A stretch of 64,000 nt of DNA from Tricharina praecox. Its lineage: Eukaryota. Numbering within the stretch: position 1 is the stretch's first letter; each line of letters starts with the position of its first letter. The notes beneath the pieces are model-generated. The model did not search any database and had not been told where the DNA came from. It saw only the letters and a list, made by a program, of their open reading frames with translations. Shown here piece after piece: positions 61,801 to 64,000 of this stretch. The stretch lies in the NCBI RefSeq assembly GCF_024521635.1, contig NW_026250411.1, positions 930,001 to 994,000 on the forward strand, in the 5' to 3' direction. The translations under genes were made by a program, and so were the position numbers.

Positions 61801-63066
61801 ATTTTGCGTTGCAAGTATTTGAGTTGTGTACTTGAACCAACATGGCATGAGCAGAGAAAGGTCTTTTCAACAAGGGTTTATGTGTTTTTTTTTTCTTCGG
61901 CTCTTTTTTTTGGCTTTACTTTACTGTATTCAAAGGGGGGAGGGGGGCAAGGGATACCAACGTTTTGTTTGCTGTTGACTTGCGGCTGCTATTTACGAGT
62001 GTTTTTTTTCTTCTTGATTCTTCGGTATTTGAGTGGGTTTATGAGCAATGCTCGCAATGGCACTCTATGGGCAATGAGTTAGGATGACATGAGATGAGTG
62101 GGTTTCAACTGAACTTTTGAACACATAATTACGATTAAGAGTTGTTTTGATGCTATTCGTGAGGTTATAGCTGGCACGGCTTGTTAAGGATGAATGTAGC
62201 CTTTTGAGATGCCATTGAGAGAGTGTGTGAGGGAGAGAACACCAATTTATTTCTCATACTGCCTTGCTGGACTACGGCGAACCAAACCTTTCCTACACTT
62301 TGGCATTCCAGAGAGACAATATCGATTTACTACCTATCACATACAACCTTGCCAGACTATGACGACCACAAATCCGACCTTTCCTATCAGCTCCGCCTTT
62401 GAGATTCAGAGAGAGAGAACATCGACATATTCTCGCACACGGGGCCGCCTTTGAGATTCCAAACCACACAGCCATAGTCGCAACACTGACCATTCGAGTG
62501 AGAAGCAGTGCCTCCCACCGTTATGCACGCGGCCCGAGCCACGCCAAGCCACTATGCGTTCCGCACCCCCAACACAAACAAAAACAACAAGGGGCAGCAG
62601 CGGCATCGCAACCAACACGCGACTGCTCGGACGACGGGTAACACTCCTCCTCCTCCCCGCCTCCTCAATCAATCCAGGCTTTCTCCCTTATCACATTGTC
62701 CGCCTATCTGCCCGCCTGCCCGCCCCCCCTCCCCGCTCCTCCGCCCCCGCCGCCGCCTGACTTCGTCGTCGTCGCGTCGTGTCTCCTCCCGTAACCGAAG
62801 AAAGAAAGCGTTGTTGTTGAGCCGCGTCCTCCCCATCGCAACCGTCAACAAACTAAACAACGCCCGCCCGACCCTACCCAACCACCCAACCACCCGCCCA
62901 CCCACCGCCAGCAACCACAGGTACAAGCCATTGCGCGCGCTCAAAGAACGCACGAGATAGACGACGAGAACCCACGTCACCTGCGCGCCGAATGCAGGTA
63001 GCACAGCGACCGCTCCCCGTCCACGCACAGCAGCAGCAGCCATCACCTCACACGCACACGCACACG

Positions 63067-63947
63067 ATGCCCGCGGCAACAACCAAGCGGAAAAGCAAAG
63101 CGGCGGGCCTCGACGTGGTCGAGAACGGCATCGGCGGCGGGAAGGAGAATAGTAGTGTGGTGCTGCCGCGGAAGAAGCGGGACACTGCGGCTGGGAATGG
63201 GAGTGGGGAGAAGAAACCGGCAAAGGTCAGTGAGACACGAGAGCGCGTTTTTTTTAGTGTTTTTTTTCTCTTGCTTTCTTCCTGCCTTGCTCTTGCGGGA
63301 TGATAAGGTAGCTGATGAGGGGGACAGAAACGGAAGAAGGATCTGGATACCGATGGGGACTTTCAGTTCCGGAGGAGGAAGTCCACACGGTTAGCGACGC
63401 GCGCCGAGGCGGCTGCGGGTGCGAGTGAGGATGCGACGGTGATAGCTACGCCCGAGGAATTGGCGGCCCCCGCAACGACGGCAAGGACGCAAAGGAAGGC
63501 GGTGGCGAGTGTGGTCCCAGAGACGCCAGTGGTCAGAGCGAAGCCGGTGTCATTACCATTGGACTCGCCGACACCCCCGCCGCCGCGCGCGACAAGGAAG
63601 AAGAAGGAGAAGAGAAGGGAGGAGAATGGGGATGCGGTGATGGTTGAGAAGCCGGCATCCCCGCCGCTTGCACCTACGACTCGATCCAGGAAGCCTGATA
63701 AGAGACGGCGGAATGAGAAGACGGCTGGCGCGGCGACGGCGGTGTCGGCGTCGGTGTCGGAACATGATGCGTCCGTCGATGACTCGTATTCGAGGAAGAT
63801 ACAGCTTCCGACTTCGGATACTCCAATGCAGAGAAGGAATCAGGAGCTACGAAAGGGATCCGGCGCGGAAGGTTCAAGCCGGAGACGGTCGAGTTTAGGC
63901 ATGAGGGGTCGTCGAGCTTCCTCCATGATGCAGAGCGGTTTAGTGGG
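63067..63947 (+). CDS. Kinetochore MIND/Mis12-complex subunit Dsn1/Mis13-like, 5' part (continues beyond the window)
   Basis: Basic disordered N-terminus, then 'KIQLPTSDTPMQRRNQELRK...RRRSSLGMRGRRASSMMQSG' (the RRSS..RGRRAS motif of Dsn1/Mis13), ending at a GTATGA donor. Confidence 0.75.
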
Positions 63948-64000
63948 TATGACATAATCCGAACTCATCCTGTCACTCGGGAGCAGAGACATCTGACATT

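Noticed and set aside
62197..62459. CRISPR-like repeat-spacer pattern
   Set aside because: Only two exact 15-bp repeats, eukaryotic context and no cas genes.
18703..63947. Functional cluster of mitotic genes (p25, Fta4, Dsn1)
   Set aside because: Spread over 45 kb among unrelated housekeeping genes, with no evidence of co-regulation.

Overview
Eukaryotic DNA from a filamentous ascomycete: short GT-AG introns with CTRAC/CTAAC branch sites and dispersed 5S genes. Pezizomycetes is a guess, not established. Twelve protein-coding loci are supported: PRM10/ThrE membrane protein, a Q-rich uncharacterised protein, dynactin p25, kinetochore Fta4, a SIKE-like coiled-coil protein, RPN2, MAK5, a FacB/Cat8-type Zn2Cys6 factor, a SET methyltransferase, a small putative mitochondrial protein, a YGR210C-type Obg GTPase and PSD2. 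The 5' part of a Dsn1/Mis13 gene runs off the right edge. The non-coding content is the most notable part. There are three almost identical intron-containing tRNA(CCG) genes within 19 kb with unrelated flanks. Two of them bracket an 88-bp hairpin MITE and a 5'-truncated RNase H-bearing LINE with a 14-bp TSD, which itself carries a 470-bp hAT-type MITE. There is also a full-length 5S rRNA gene with altered box C, a deleted 5S pseudogene and Tc1-like relics. I did not find a clearly new multi-gene system; the tRNA amplification with its transposon cluster is the best lead.
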